A stretch of 26,310 bases of DNA from an uncultured Myxococcales bacterium (GCA_964013405.1 CAXGWI010000034.1:1-26310), one strand, 5' to 3'; positions 1 through 9,188 are shown, counted from the first letter of the stretch. A program made the numbers and translations. The notes: a model not told the origin generated them from the sequence alone.

Positions 1-1933
1 TCCCGCCGCCAAGCATTTCTGTCGGTGCGGTATTCTGTAAATGCTCGTGCATGGAAGCAGGTCGTAGGGTGTTTTTGTCGTCTTGATACCGAGGCGCTCG
101 TCCAAGAATCTGACCATGGAAATTGTCCCCCCAACAGTAACTGTTGTCCGCAGTCCATGCACAACTCGTCCCGTCGGTTGCTAGGATGCCAAGGACGCCG
201 CCTAAAATTTCGAGTGGTTCGTTGCTGATTTCGACTGGATTGCTTCTGCCAGTACGCTCGGTAAGACCATTGCCGATTTGTCCCCGCTCGTTCCCACCCA
301 TGCAGTGCACCTGCCCAGACGCCATCAGCGCACAGGTATGCTTATCGCCGAGGGCGAGTTTTTGCGGATGGTCGTGAAGGGGGAGCGGATCACCCGGTCG
401 GGTTTGATCAGGACCGTTTATCGGGCCGGTTGTTTGGCCTGAACTGTTGTCACCCCAGCAGAAGAGTTGACCGCGGTCATTGAGGGCGCAGGCGTGACGC
501 CCACCCAGCGCGAGCACGCGTATGGATTCAAGGGCATCGACGTGAACGGCTTCGGGCATGTCCTCATCGAGGAGGTGATCTGGGCCTGCCACACCCACTT
601 GGCCGAACCCGTTCATCCCCCAGCAGTAAACCTGACCCGTCTCTGTGAGAAAGCAACTGAAACTCCGACCTGCGTGGACCGAGGCGGCTTGCTCTGAGTT
701 GCTAATCATCGGGCGATTGTTGATTCTGGGGACAAATTCTCTGAGTTGTTCCGCCCCGGGTAGGCGGGGCGGATCAGCGCTGGGGTTACCCCAACAGTAC
801 ACGCCGGTGCGGCCGTCCCGTTGGGCCAGGGCGCAACTAAAGCCATTGCCAACGGCGAGCAGTTGGCGGTGGAAGGGGAGGCGACAAGCGGCCTCGCAAC
901 CATCGCCATCGTCATTGTTCCCGTCATCACAGGCCTCGTATCCTTGCGCGGCCGGCGCGAGGTCTCGGCGGAGAATACCATCACCGCATTGGGCCAATTC
1001 GCAGTCGCTGGTGCAGGCATCATCATCATCATCGTTGTAGTCATCGCAGGCTTCGACATTGGTCTGTACATGCCCATCGCCACAGCGGGCGAGAACACAG
1101 GTGCTGGTGCACCCGTCCGTATCGATTTCATTCCCATCGTCGCAATCTTCGCCCTCGCCCACCTCACCATCGCCGCAGCCAGCCGTTCGGCAGTTGTGAC
1201 AGCCGTCGAGGGGATCCTCGTCGTTGCCGCCGTCGTCGCAGCCCTCTCCATCACTGCGAATATTGTCACCACAACGGGGTAGGCGGCAGGCCGTTGTGCA
1301 GGCATCCGTCGTGTCTTCATTGCCGTCGTCACATTCCTCGTGACCGCGCTCGCCCTCGGGCAGGTCGGTCCGAACGACGCCATCACCACACACGGCAACA
1401 ACACAATGGTTTCGGCAGCCATCTCGATCGTCTTGGTTGCCATCATCACAGCCTTCACCGCGAAAGGCCTCGGTGATGGCGTTGCCGCAAACCTCGGAGG
1501 TGCAGGTGGGTGTGCAGCCGTCGCCGGCCTCATCGTTGCCGTCATCGCATGCTTCAAAGAAGGGGGCGCCCGGCGCGAGGTCCGTTCGGATGATGCCATC
1601 GCCACATCTCGCCTGGCGGCAGGAAGTCAAACATTGGTCGTGATCGTCTTCATTGCCGTCGTCACATTCTTCGTAAGCAGCATTCGTATCCGGGTCCTTG
1701 ATCAGCCGGACCAGGCCATCGCCGCACTGGGCGGTTCGACAGGTATCCGTGCAATTGTCGGTGGCGATGAAGTTGCCATCATCGCATTCCTCGTAACCCT
1801 CATCTGCGGGGGTTAGTCCGGCGGCGATTTGACCGTCACCACAGCCCTCGAAAGGCAGAGCCCAGTTCCGGCTGAGGTCGATTGAAGGCTTGCAGGCCAA
1901 CACGCAGACCCAAAGCGTTAAAGAGCGAAACAC
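1..1933 (-). CDS. Lipoprotein with about 9 myxobacterial Cys-rich (TIGR02232/DUF4215-like) repeats followed by RCC1/BLIP-II-like repeats; 3' end lies outside the window
   Basis: Manual translation from GTG at 1933 with GAGGAG just upstream gives MFRSLTLWVCVLAC (lipobox-like), then CGDG..(E)CDDGN..C..C units, then RCC1-type motifs VYCWGNP, VYCWGMNGFGQ, LFCWGDNSSGQ, SYCWGDNFHGQ. The frame was consistent in every segment I translated down to position 1. It is missing from the ORF track because the stop is beyond the edge. Confidence 0.9.
   Translation of the reverse strand, partial: MFRSLTLWVCVLACKPSIDLSRNWALPFEGCGDGQIAAGLTPADEGYEECDDGNFIATDNCTDTCRTAQCGDGLVRLIKDPDTNAAYEECDDGNEDDHDQCLTSCRQARCGDGIIRTDLAPGAPFFEACDDGNDEAGDGCTPTCTSEVCGNAITEAFRGEGCDDGNQDDRDGCRNHCVVAVCGDGVVRTDLPEGERGHEECDDGNEDTTDACTTACRLPRCGDNIRSDGEGCDDGGNDEDPLDGCHNCRTAGCGDGEVGEGEDCDDGNEIDTDGCTSTCVLARCGDGHVQTNVEACDDYNDDDDDACTSDCELAQCGDGILRRDLAPAAQGYEACDDGNNDDGDGCEAACRLPFHRQLLAVGNGFSCALAQRDGRTGVYCWGNPSADPPRLPGAEQLREFVPRINNRPMISNSEQAASVHAGRSFSCFLTETGQVYCWGMNGFGQVGVAGPDHLLDEDMPEAVHVDALESIRVLALGGRHACALNDRGQLFCWGDNSSGQTTGPINGPDQTRPGDPLPLHDHPQKLALGDKHTCALMASGQVHCMGGNERGQIGNGLTERTGRSNPVEISNEPLEILGGVLGILATDGTSCAWTADNSYCWGDNFHGQILGRAPRYQDDKNTLRPASMHEHLQNTAPTEMLGGG
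884..1843 (-). repeat. Intragenic array of about 9 divergent Cys-rich repeats (about 31-40 aa each)
   Basis: Recurring CGDG...CDDGN...C...C units, e.g. CGDGVVRTDLPEGERGHEECDDGNEDTTDACTTAC and CGDGEVGEGEDCDDGNEIDTDGCTSTC. Confidence 0.88.
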
Positions 1934-2010
1934 AGACGACTCCTCGCGAGGTCAGCAAATCACTCTGAAGCCTCGAGAGCAAGATGTTGGCCCTCGCCAA
2001 GCGGGGATGG

Positions 2011-2039
2011 TTGACGGTTGGGGTTCCTGGGCCGATAGT
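2011..2039 (+). promoter_or_regulatory. Putative sigma70-type promoter for the kinase gene
   Basis: TTGACG (2011-2016), 17-bp spacer, GATAGT (2034-2039), upstream of GAGGAG and TTG at 2065. Confidence 0.45.
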
Positions 2040-2064
2040 CGGGCCGTGGTCGAGGAGCCCCGGC

Positions 2065-3822
2065 TTGGATGAGGTGATCGACGGTCGCTACAAACTCATC
2101 AAACGCTTGGGCGTGGGCGGGATGGCCGAGGTTTTTTTGGCCGAGCAGTCAGGCCCGCGCGGCTTCGCCCGCCGGACGGTGATCAAGCGCATCCATCGCC
2201 ACATGGCCGAGGAAGAACGCTTCGTGAAGAGCTTCGAGGATGAGGCCCGGCTCGCCGCCCTGCTGCAGCATCCCAATATCGTGCGCACCGAGGATTTCGG
2301 TGACGACGGCGGGCAATTGTTTCTCGTCCTTGAGTACGTGGAAGGCGAAGATCTGCGGACCCTTTGCCGCCGGGCTGAGGGGGATCAAGATGGGCTGCCC
2401 CTGCCGGTGGTTTTGCAGGTGGGGCTCGACATCGCCGAGGCCTTGGATTTCGCCCACAAGATGACCGACGCTGAGGGGACGCCCCTGGCGGTGGTTCACC
2501 GGGATGTGAGTCCGCAAAACATCATGGTGACCCCCGCCGGTCAGGGCAAACTCCTCGACTTCGGCATCGCCCGAGCCGCCAGCAACCAGCAGCAGACCCA
2601 AACCGGCATCCTCAAGGGCAAGGTCGCCTACTTTAGTCCCGAGCAAGCCCGGGGGGAATTGATCGACGGTCGGACGGACCAGTTTGCCCTCGCCGTGGTG
2701 CTCTACGAACTTCTGGCCCGCGGGCGCCTGTTCTTGGGCAATACCGAAGTGACGACGCTGTCCCGCGTGCTCCGCTGCTACGTGCCCAGCGTGCGAGACT
2801 TCCAGGCCGACCTTCCCGAGTCGGTCGATCAAGTCTTGAGTCGGGCTCTGGCCCAGGATCGGCAACACCGATTCCCTGATTGTGCCGCTTTTGCCGAAGC
2901 GTTGAGTCAATGCCTCGAACAGGCCGGGGGGCGATGGGACGCCCGGCGTTACAGTGCTTGGCGAGAGGCCTTGATCACAGAAGCGAAGAACCCACCGGTC
3001 TCCCTTCCTCTCCTGCTGCCGGAGGAGGCCACGGGGCCGGAGCCAGCCCCCGATGAGGCGACGAAGGTGGCTGCAGATCCTCGGAGTCCGGGCGCTCGCC
3101 CCCGTCCGGCCCCCGTGCCTCAGCCCGCTTCGACGGCTTCGGAGCCGACCCTGGAAGCGACCGATGTCTCCAGTCCGAGTCCAGGCGCGGGCCGGGGATG
3201 GCTGTATGGTCTCGGGGCCTTGGCGCTGCTCCTTGGGCTTGGCTGGCAGTTCGGGGCCTTTGATCCAGCCCCTTCGGCGCCGGCTTTGGTCCCCCTCACG
3301 CCAGCGCCGGCGGCGCCGAAACCGGTTGCGCCCCCCGCAGCAAAGGTCCCGGCTCCAGCGGATGCCGGGACCATTGCCGCCGCAGATGCGGGCAAAGCGG
3401 AGGCTCAACCAGGTGAGGGGCTCCGAGCCCGACCCGCGAAGAAACGGCGCCGGCGCCGTTCTCGGCGATACAGTAAACGCTCCAGTAAGACGGTTGCCGC
3501 ATCGGCCCCGGTCAAGGTGATCGATCAGCCGCGCATCGTGCCAGCAAAGGCGACGGAGAAGATGGTCGCCATGGAGCGTTCCGACTTCGATGCGGTCTTG
3601 ATCAGTCGTTTGCCCAAGTTGCAGCGCTGCAAGAAACAGCACGGCAGTATCAAGAGCGGGCTGATCAAAGTCTCGGTCTGGGTCGGTGGGAAAGGCCGAA
3701 CGACAAAGGTCACCGTGAATGGAGCCACTGGGGACTACGGTAAGTGTCTTCGGGCCGAGGTGAAACGCTGGAAGTTCGTCAAGCGGGGCGGCAAGCCGGA
3801 ACGCTTCGACTTCCCATTCTAG
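2065..3822 (+). CDS. Membrane-anchored Hanks-type Ser/Thr protein kinase with a C-terminal AgmX/PglI-like (TonB-C-like) domain
   Basis: LGVGGMAEV Gly loop, VIKRI, HRDVSPQN, DFG and YFSPEQ motifs; Pro-rich linker; TM segment WLYGLGALALLLGLGWQF; tail LQRC...GLIKVSVWV...GKCLRAEVKRWKF...FDFPF. Start moved from 1984 to TTG 2065 because of the RBS and promoter. Confidence 0.93.
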   Translation: MDEVIDGRYKLIKRLGVGGMAEVFLAEQSGPRGFARRTVIKRIHRHMAEEERFVKSFEDEARLAALLQHPNIVRTEDFGDDGGQLFLVLEYVEGEDLRTLCRRAEGDQDGLPLPVVLQVGLDIAEALDFAHKMTDAEGTPLAVVHRDVSPQNIMVTPAGQGKLLDFGIARAASNQQQTQTGILKGKVAYFSPEQARGELIDGRTDQFALAVVLYELLARGRLFLGNTEVTTLSRVLRCYVPSVRDFQADLPESVDQVLSRALAQDRQHRFPDCAAFAEALSQCLEQAGGRWDARRYSAWREALITEAKNPPVSLPLLLPEEATGPEPAPDEATKVAADPRSPGARPRPAPVPQPASTASEPTLEATDVSSPSPGAGRGWLYGLGALALLLGLGWQFGAFDPAPSAPALVPLTPAPAAPKPVAPPAAKVPAPADAGTIAAADAGKAEAQPGEGLRARPAKKRRRRRSRRYSKRSSKTVAASAPVKVIDQPRIVPAKATEKMVAMERSDFDAVLISRLPKLQRCKKQHGSIKSGLIKVSVWVGGKGRTTKVTVNGATGDYGKCLRAEVKRWKFVKRGGKPERFDFPF

Positions 3823-3835
3823 AGACGTGTGTGCG

Positions 3836-4534
3836 TTATTGGCTAGCGATGCCCCAGCTAAACAGGCCGCCGGCGATCACCAGTAAGCCCAAGCTGCCGC
3901 GCCGCCAGGCGGTGTAACGACGACCGGCTTCTTGCAGCCGAAAGTAGTTACCATCTGCGGTCTTTTGGTCAGGACTTTCCTCGTAGCGGGCTCGGGCATC
4001 CTCGAGATCTGTAGTGGTGGGGGCCAGGGCAAAGGTCATCCCGCTGGCGAGTACAGCGCCTAGGCCCGCGCCATAGAGCACATGGTGCCGTTTGATCTGA
4101 AAGCCCTGCTGAATCGTCGTCTCCCTGACCACGACCTGCGTCGGTGCTTTTTCCTTAGGGCGCAATTCGGGAAAGAGCCTGAGAACGAGATCTTGGCAGC
4201 TGTTGACCAAGGTGAGGAGCGTTTGCCCCCTACAGACGGCTTCCCTGGGCTCATCAGGGCGCTGTCGGTCAGCCACCTTGACATCGAGAAACAACTTCTC
4301 GTCGAGCCGATAGATCTTTCCGGACAGGGTAAAACGGGGGCCTTTGCCGGCCAATAGATCGGTGAGGGCTACTTCTTTGGCCTCAATGCCCTTGGTTCGA
4401 GCGATGAGGTCGACCAAGACCCGACGGAGCTCGCTGGCTTCTTCGCTGCTGATGGACTCTTGTCGCTGCAGCGGTGCGAGGCTGATCCCTATGGGGTCCG
4501 CGGCCAGCAGCACCAGCAGGAAGGAGAGCGGCAA
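3836..4534 (-). CDS. Hypothetical exported or membrane protein
   Basis: Signal-peptide-like N-terminus MPLSFLLVLLAA and two C-terminal hydrophobic segments. The TTG start directly follows the korB stop codon. Confidence 0.7.
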   Translation of the reverse strand: MPLSFLLVLLAADPIGISLAPLQRQESISSEEASELRRVLVDLIARTKGIEAKEVALTDLLAGKGPRFTLSGKIYRLDEKLFLDVKVADRQRPDEPREAVCRGQTLLTLVNSCQDLVLRLFPELRPKEKAPTQVVVRETTIQQGFQIKRHHVLYGAGLGAVLASGMTFALAPTTTDLEDARARYEESPDQKTADGNYFRLQEAGRRYTAWRRGSLGLLVIAGGLFSWGIASQ

Positions 4535-5548
4535 CTATTCCACAACCCAGGTGTCGGCTGCATGGAGAAGTCGATGGAGATCACCGGCACCCGGACGAGC
4601 TTTGGCTTTTCCAACCTGCTCATGAGCTTGTTGTTCGTAGGACAGGCGGTCGTGGGCCCAAAGCACGCCCAAAGGTGCGGGGAAGGTCTGGCTGTCCATG
4701 CCCGCGAGCAAGCCACCGTAGAAGGCACCTGCTTGTTCATCGTGAACGATGAGATCGGCTTCCGTGATACCGTTTTCACCCACGGTCACTACCGTGGGCT
4801 GGTTGTTGACCAGAGCAATGCCTTTGTCGCTTTCAGCGCCGAATCGAAGGGGTTCGCCCTGCACCAAATGAAGTTGGTTTTCCTTCGCTGTTTTCTTGTC
4901 GGTGATGTGGTCGAAGACACCGTCGTTAAAGATGACGCAGTTTTGCAGGATTTCGATGACTGCCGTGCCCTTGTGTTCCACAGCGCGTCGATAGATCTCG
5001 GCACTGGACTTATGGTCCGTATCGATGACTCGGGCGAAGAAACTGGCATTGGCGCCCAGGGCAAGGCGGGCCGGGCTGACCGGCTCATCGATGCTGCCCA
5101 TGGGCGTGGACTTGGTCACCAGCCCCACACCGGAGGTGGGCGAGTACTGCCCCTTGGTGAGCCCGTAGATCTCGTTGTTAAAGAGCAGCAGTTGGACGTC
5201 TACATTGCGACGCATGAGGTGGAGTAAATGATTGCCGCCGATGGAGAGGCCATCGCCATCCCCGGTTACCACCCACACACAACTCTCGGGATTTTGTAGT
5301 TTGGCGCCGGTGGCAAAGGCCGGGGCCCGTCCATGGATCGTGTGGAAGCCCCAGGTTTCCATGTAGAAGGGAAAGCGGCTGGAACAGCCGATACCGCTCA
5401 CGAAGAGGTGCTTCTCACGGGGGAGTCCCGTGGCAGCCACCGCCTTCTGGATATTCGAGAGAATCGCATAGTCACCACAGCCGGGGCACCAGCGGACCTC
5501 CTGATCACTCTTGTAATCTTTGGCTTTGAGTTGAGGTTGTTCCGTCAT
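4535..5548 (-). CDS. korB: 2-oxoacid:ferredoxin oxidoreductase beta subunit
   Basis: WCPGCGD, SGIGCSSR, TPP-binding GDGDGLSIGGNH...NN and YGLTKGQYSPT motifs. ATG at 5548 with GGAGG RBS. Substrate (2-oxoglutarate or other) is inferred from family only. Confidence 0.93.
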   Translation of the reverse strand: MTEQPQLKAKDYKSDQEVRWCPGCGDYAILSNIQKAVAATGLPREKHLFVSGIGCSSRFPFYMETWGFHTIHGRAPAFATGAKLQNPESCVWVVTGDGDGLSIGGNHLLHLMRRNVDVQLLLFNNEIYGLTKGQYSPTSGVGLVTKSTPMGSIDEPVSPARLALGANASFFARVIDTDHKSSAEIYRRAVEHKGTAVIEILQNCVIFNDGVFDHITDKKTAKENQLHLVQGEPLRFGAESDKGIALVNNQPTVVTVGENGITEADLIVHDEQAGAFYGGLLAGMDSQTFPAPLGVLWAHDRLSYEQQAHEQVGKAKARPGAGDLHRLLHAADTWVVE

Positions 5549-5552
5549 GGTC

Positions 5553-7391
5553 TCAATCCTCCAAGTGGGCAGAAAGCTTCTCGACGAGTTCGGTCTCGAA
5601 GAAGGGCTTGCCCTGGATCTTATTGATCCCCTTCGCATCGACGAGGTATTTTTCGCGAACGAGGCGGATCAACTGGCCGTTGTTTAATTCTGGCACGACC
5701 ACTTTTTTGTAGCGACCGATGATCTCACCCAGGTCAGCGGGAAGGGGGTTGAGGTGCCGCAGGTGGACACTGCCGACCGACTTGCCTGAGCCATGGAGCG
5801 TCTTGACTGCAGTGGTTATTGCACCCCAGGTCCCCCCCCAGCCAATGACCAGTAAATCGCCGGATTCAGCACCGACGATTTCGAGGGGCGGAAGATCTTC
5901 CGCAATCTTTTCGACCTTCGCTGCTCGCAATTCCGTCATTCGTTGATGGTTGTCGGGCATGTAGGAGATATGACCGGTGTTCTCCGCCCGTTCTAAGCCG
6001 CCGATCCGGTGATGCAAGTCGGGGGTACCCGCTGCAATCCAGGGCCGGGCGAGGTCATCGTTGCGGCGATAAGGTTCGTAATCTTCGGCAGTGCCGTCAT
6101 AGCCGGGGGAGTGGATGGTTGGGAGACTGTCGACGTCTGGGATGAGGAAGGGTTCGGCGCCATTGGCCAAGTAGCCGTCCGTGAGCAGAATCACGGGCGT
6201 GACATAGCGTTGGGCAATCCGAGTGGCTTCGATGGCCGCATAGAAACAGTCTCCCGGACTCGCCGCCGCTACGATCGGCATGGGGCTGTCCCCGTTACGG
6301 CCATACAGGCATTGCAGGAGGTCACTTTGTTCCGTCTTTGTGGGCAAGCCCGTGGAGGGTCCGCCCCGCTGGACGTTGATAATCACCATGGGGATTTCCG
6401 CAGCCAAGGCGAGTCCCATCGCTTCGCTTTTAAGGGCGATGCCCGGCCCCGATGTGGTCGTCCAGGCACAGCCACCAGCCCACGCAGCGCCGATGGCGGA
6501 ACAGATTCCAGCAATCTCGTCTTCGGCTTGGAACGTGACCACGCCGAAGTCTTTGTGCCGACTCATCTCATGAAGAATGTCCGAAGCTGGTGTGATGGGG
6601 TAGGAGCCGAGAAAGACCGAGCGGTTGCTGAGTTCACCGGCAGCCACCATGCCGAGGGCCGTGGCCTGATTACCCGTGATGTTCCGATAAATCCCTGCTT
6701 GGGTATCCGATTGTTTGACCACCTCGTAACGCTCGGCGAAGAGTTCAGCGGTTTCACCAAAGGCGTAGCCTTGGCGCAACGCTCGTAGGTTGGTCTCAAG
6801 GATTTCCGGTTTGCGGCCAAACTTCGACTTTAGCCATTGCTCAGTTAGGCTCATGGGCCGGTCGTAGAGCCAATACATGAGGCCCAGAGCCACCATGTTT
6901 TTGGCCCGCTCCGCGTCTCGATTGCCCAGCCCTGTTTCTTTGCCGATGTTCACCGCCATTTTGGTCAGCGCGATGGAGTAGACTCGGTAGCGCTCTTTGA
7001 GGCTGGGGTCATCCAGTGGGTTCGCTTCATAACCTGCTTTTTGAAGATTGCGCTTGTTAAAGGCATCTTCGTCGCAAACGAGCACACCGCCCGGACGGAG
7101 GTCGTCGAGGTTCACTTTCAGGGCTGCCGGATTCATGACCACCAGCGCGTCCGGTTGATCCCCGGGGGTTCGGATGTCCTGGGCTGCAAACTGCAACTGA
7201 AACCCAGAGACGCCAAACAGCGTCCCCTTGGGTGCTCGAATCTCGGCCGGATAATCCGGCAGAGTTGCCAGGTCGTTACCAAACCAAGCGGACGTGGAAC
7301 TGAACTGTCCCCCCGTCAGTTGCATGCCGTCACCGGAATCGCCCGCAAAGCGGACGACAGCAGAATCGATCGAAGTCTTTTGGATAGTCAT
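5553..7391 (-). CDS. korA: 2-oxoacid:acceptor oxidoreductase alpha subunit (gamma-alpha fusion)
   Basis: RFAGDSGDGMQLTG, YPAEIRAP, YPITPAS, QAEDEIAG, TTTSGPG and QRGGPSTGLPTK motifs. ATG at 7391 with GGGGAG RBS. Confidence 0.94.
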   Translation of the reverse strand: MTIQKTSIDSAVVRFAGDSGDGMQLTGGQFSSTSAWFGNDLATLPDYPAEIRAPKGTLFGVSGFQLQFAAQDIRTPGDQPDALVVMNPAALKVNLDDLRPGGVLVCDEDAFNKRNLQKAGYEANPLDDPSLKERYRVYSIALTKMAVNIGKETGLGNRDAERAKNMVALGLMYWLYDRPMSLTEQWLKSKFGRKPEILETNLRALRQGYAFGETAELFAERYEVVKQSDTQAGIYRNITGNQATALGMVAAGELSNRSVFLGSYPITPASDILHEMSRHKDFGVVTFQAEDEIAGICSAIGAAWAGGCAWTTTSGPGIALKSEAMGLALAAEIPMVIINVQRGGPSTGLPTKTEQSDLLQCLYGRNGDSPMPIVAAASPGDCFYAAIEATRIAQRYVTPVILLTDGYLANGAEPFLIPDVDSLPTIHSPGYDGTAEDYEPYRRNDDLARPWIAAGTPDLHHRIGGLERAENTGHISYMPDNHQRMTELRAAKVEKIAEDLPPLEIVGAESGDLLVIGWGGTWGAITTAVKTLHGSGKSVGSVHLRHLNPLPADLGEIIGRYKKVVVPELNNGQLIRLVREKYLVDAKGINKIQGKPFFETELVEKLSAHLED

Positions 7392-7437
7392 GCGCTCCCC
7401 GATGCCCAAGTTTCTCGACGAGCCTGGCGCCGCTGGC

Positions 7438-7467
7438 ACTCTAACACGCTGAAAGCCCCCTTGTCAT
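7438..7467 (-). promoter_or_regulatory. Putative extended -10 promoter for korAB
   Basis: Minus strand reads ATGACA, 18-bp spacer ending in TGT, then TAGAGT, about 46 bp upstream of the korA start. Confidence 0.35.
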
Positions 7468-7568
7468 GGGGATGCTGCACTCGAACCTCCCCTTTTCATC
7501 GGCCTCTTGCCGAGAGCCTTAAAGCCCCACTAGACGAAGGGGGCCATTCCACTGCGCACGGTGCTCAA

Positions 7569-8735
7569 ATGACGATGACTAACCGTTTGATTCTTGGGGA
7601 TAACCTGAAGGTGATGTCCCGTCTGTGCGAAAGTGATGCTGGCCGCTTTCAGATGGCCTACCTTGATCCACCCTACAACACGGGGGGGACGCCCGAGGAC
7701 TACGCTGATGCTCGGGATCACGATCAATGGCTGCAGTTCATCGGTGATCGACTCCGGGCGCTGCGGCCGCTGATGGCCGATCGGGGTGTTGTCTTTGTTC
7801 AGATCGACGATCGGGAGCAGGCCTACCTAAAAGTGCTGATGGACGAGCACTTTGGTCGGGACCGTTGCCTCGCCCACGTGGTGGTGAAGATGAGCGAGCT
7901 CAGTGGTGTGAAGATGAGCCACGCAGAGCGGCGCCTGCCCAAGGTGAAAGAGCACCTCTTGATCTATGGCATGGGGCCGGAGAGTCGATTGAAGAATTTG
8001 AGGCGCCCCAAAGCTCGGGAGGTGCTCAGCGGCTATCTCAACTATTATCGCAAGATCATCGACAACCCGGAGGCACCGCCGGCCCAGTGGGAGCTTCTGT
8101 CGATCAAGGACTGGGCAAAGGCGAGGGGAGGCCTCGAAGGGCTGCGACCGGGCAGCCGCCAGGAGGCAAAGCGCCTTGAAGACCTGAAACTGCAAGAGGC
8201 CCACCGGGTGGTCTATCGAACCAATAACCGTCTCTTAGCGGAGCGTAACCTGCCAGGCATCGCCGAGGTTTTCGGTCCCAGCGGTCGGCGCTACATCTCC
8301 TGGGAGGGTAAGCAGATATTGTTTTTGGCCGACCACATCGATGAGCCACTCTCCGATCTGTGGACGGACCTCTCAACGATCAACCTCAATAAAGAAGGTG
8401 TGGGTTCTTTTCGGTATTCGAAAAAGCCGGAGGCTCTTTTGCACCGCTGTCTCCAGTTAGCCACCGAACCTGGCGATTGGGTCATCGATCCCTTTTGCGG
8501 CTCGGGAACGACCGCTGCCGTGGCCCATAAAATGGGGCGTTCGTGGCTCACTATCGACTGTGAAGACCACCTGCTGAGCCAGGCGAAGCCGCGCTTGGAA
8601 GCGGTGATGGCTGGGCAAGATGAGGGGGGCGTGACCGGCCTGCTCAACTGGTCCGGTGGTGGGGGCTTTGAGCTGATCCGCTGGACCGAAGTCGAGGACG
8701 CGACTCAGGTTATTGAAGCAGTTCCTCCGAACTGA
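7569..8735 (+). CDS. Site-specific N6-adenine/N4-cytosine DNA methyltransferase, beta class, resembling a Type III R-M Mod subunit
   Basis: LILGDNL, YLDPPYNTG (motif IV), FVQIDDREQAYLKVLMDEHFG, KKPEALL, DPFCGSGTTAAVAHKMGR (motif I) and WSGGGGF. The start is probably ATG 7569 or 7575, not 7041, which overlaps korA. Confidence 0.92.
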   Translation: MTMTNRLILGDNLKVMSRLCESDAGRFQMAYLDPPYNTGGTPEDYADARDHDQWLQFIGDRLRALRPLMADRGVVFVQIDDREQAYLKVLMDEHFGRDRCLAHVVVKMSELSGVKMSHAERRLPKVKEHLLIYGMGPESRLKNLRRPKAREVLSGYLNYYRKIIDNPEAPPAQWELLSIKDWAKARGGLEGLRPGSRQEAKRLEDLKLQEAHRVVYRTNNRLLAERNLPGIAEVFGPSGRRYISWEGKQILFLADHIDEPLSDLWTDLSTINLNKEGVGSFRYSKKPEALLHRCLQLATEPGDWVIDPFCGSGTTAAVAHKMGRSWLTIDCEDHLLSQAKPRLEAVMAGQDEGGVTGLLNWSGGGGFELIRWTEVEDATQVIEAVPPN

Positions 8736-9093
8736 CCAACTCGAAGACTGGGATTTCGACGTTGAATTCTTGTCCGTCGTCCCGGGCCATCGCCAGGCCT
8801 CCTCGCATCATGCCGTTCGGGGTCGGCAGGGGACAGAAGCTGGTGTACTCAAAGGCGGCCGTCGGCGGTAACCAAGGGGTGGCGCCGATAATGCCGTCGC
8901 CTTCTACCTCTTCCACTTCGCCTCGGGCGTTGGAGATGATCCAGTGGCGGCGCAGGACGCGGGCCGGGAAGTGACCTTGGTTCAGGATGCGCACTCGGTA
9001 GGCGAAGAACCACCGGTGCTGGGCTGGGTCGCTCTGCTCCGGGATGTATTGGGCCCGGGCTGTAACCACAATTCCATGTTCTCGTTGCGTCAT
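8710..9093 (-). CDS. apaG: ApaG/CorD family protein (DUF525)
   Basis: YIPEQS...FFAYRVRILN...RRHWIISNARG..EEVEGDGIIG..P...FEYTSFCPLPTPNGMMRG is the ApaG signature. ATG at 9093. Confidence 0.93.
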   Translation of the reverse strand: MTQREHGIVVTARAQYIPEQSDPAQHRWFFAYRVRILNQGHFPARVLRRHWIISNARGEVEEVEGDGIIGATPWLPPTAAFEYTSFCPLPTPNGMMRGGLAMARDDGQEFNVEIPVFELVSSEELLQ

Positions 9094-9188
9094 GCTTCGT
9101 CTTTGGCACTCTCGCCTGGGTTGAAGCAAGAGCCGTCGTCGGACGTAATGTCCTTGCGGGTGGGTACGAAGGGGAGCAGTAGCGTGCC

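Noticed and set aside
706..1816. ORF-track entries 706-1605(-), 821-1282(+), 1340-1816(+) and other short ORFs in 1-1933
   Set aside because: Off-frame or antisense shadows of the Cys-repeat/RCC1 gene; their Ala/Thr/Met- or Ile/Val-rich text comes from repeated Asp/Gly/Cys codons
2149..3642. 497-aa antisense ORF over the kinase
   Set aside because: Typical high-GC antisense open frame with no recognisable motifs
7041..7568. 176-aa N-terminal extension of the methyltransferase ORF
   Set aside because: Overlaps korA on the opposite strand; methyltransferase motifs start only after ATG 7569
7682..7688. G7 tract just after DPPY in the Mod-like gene as a phase-variation switch
   Set aside because: Short, encodes Thr-Gly-Gly, and similar 7-nt G/C runs occur in korA and other genes here
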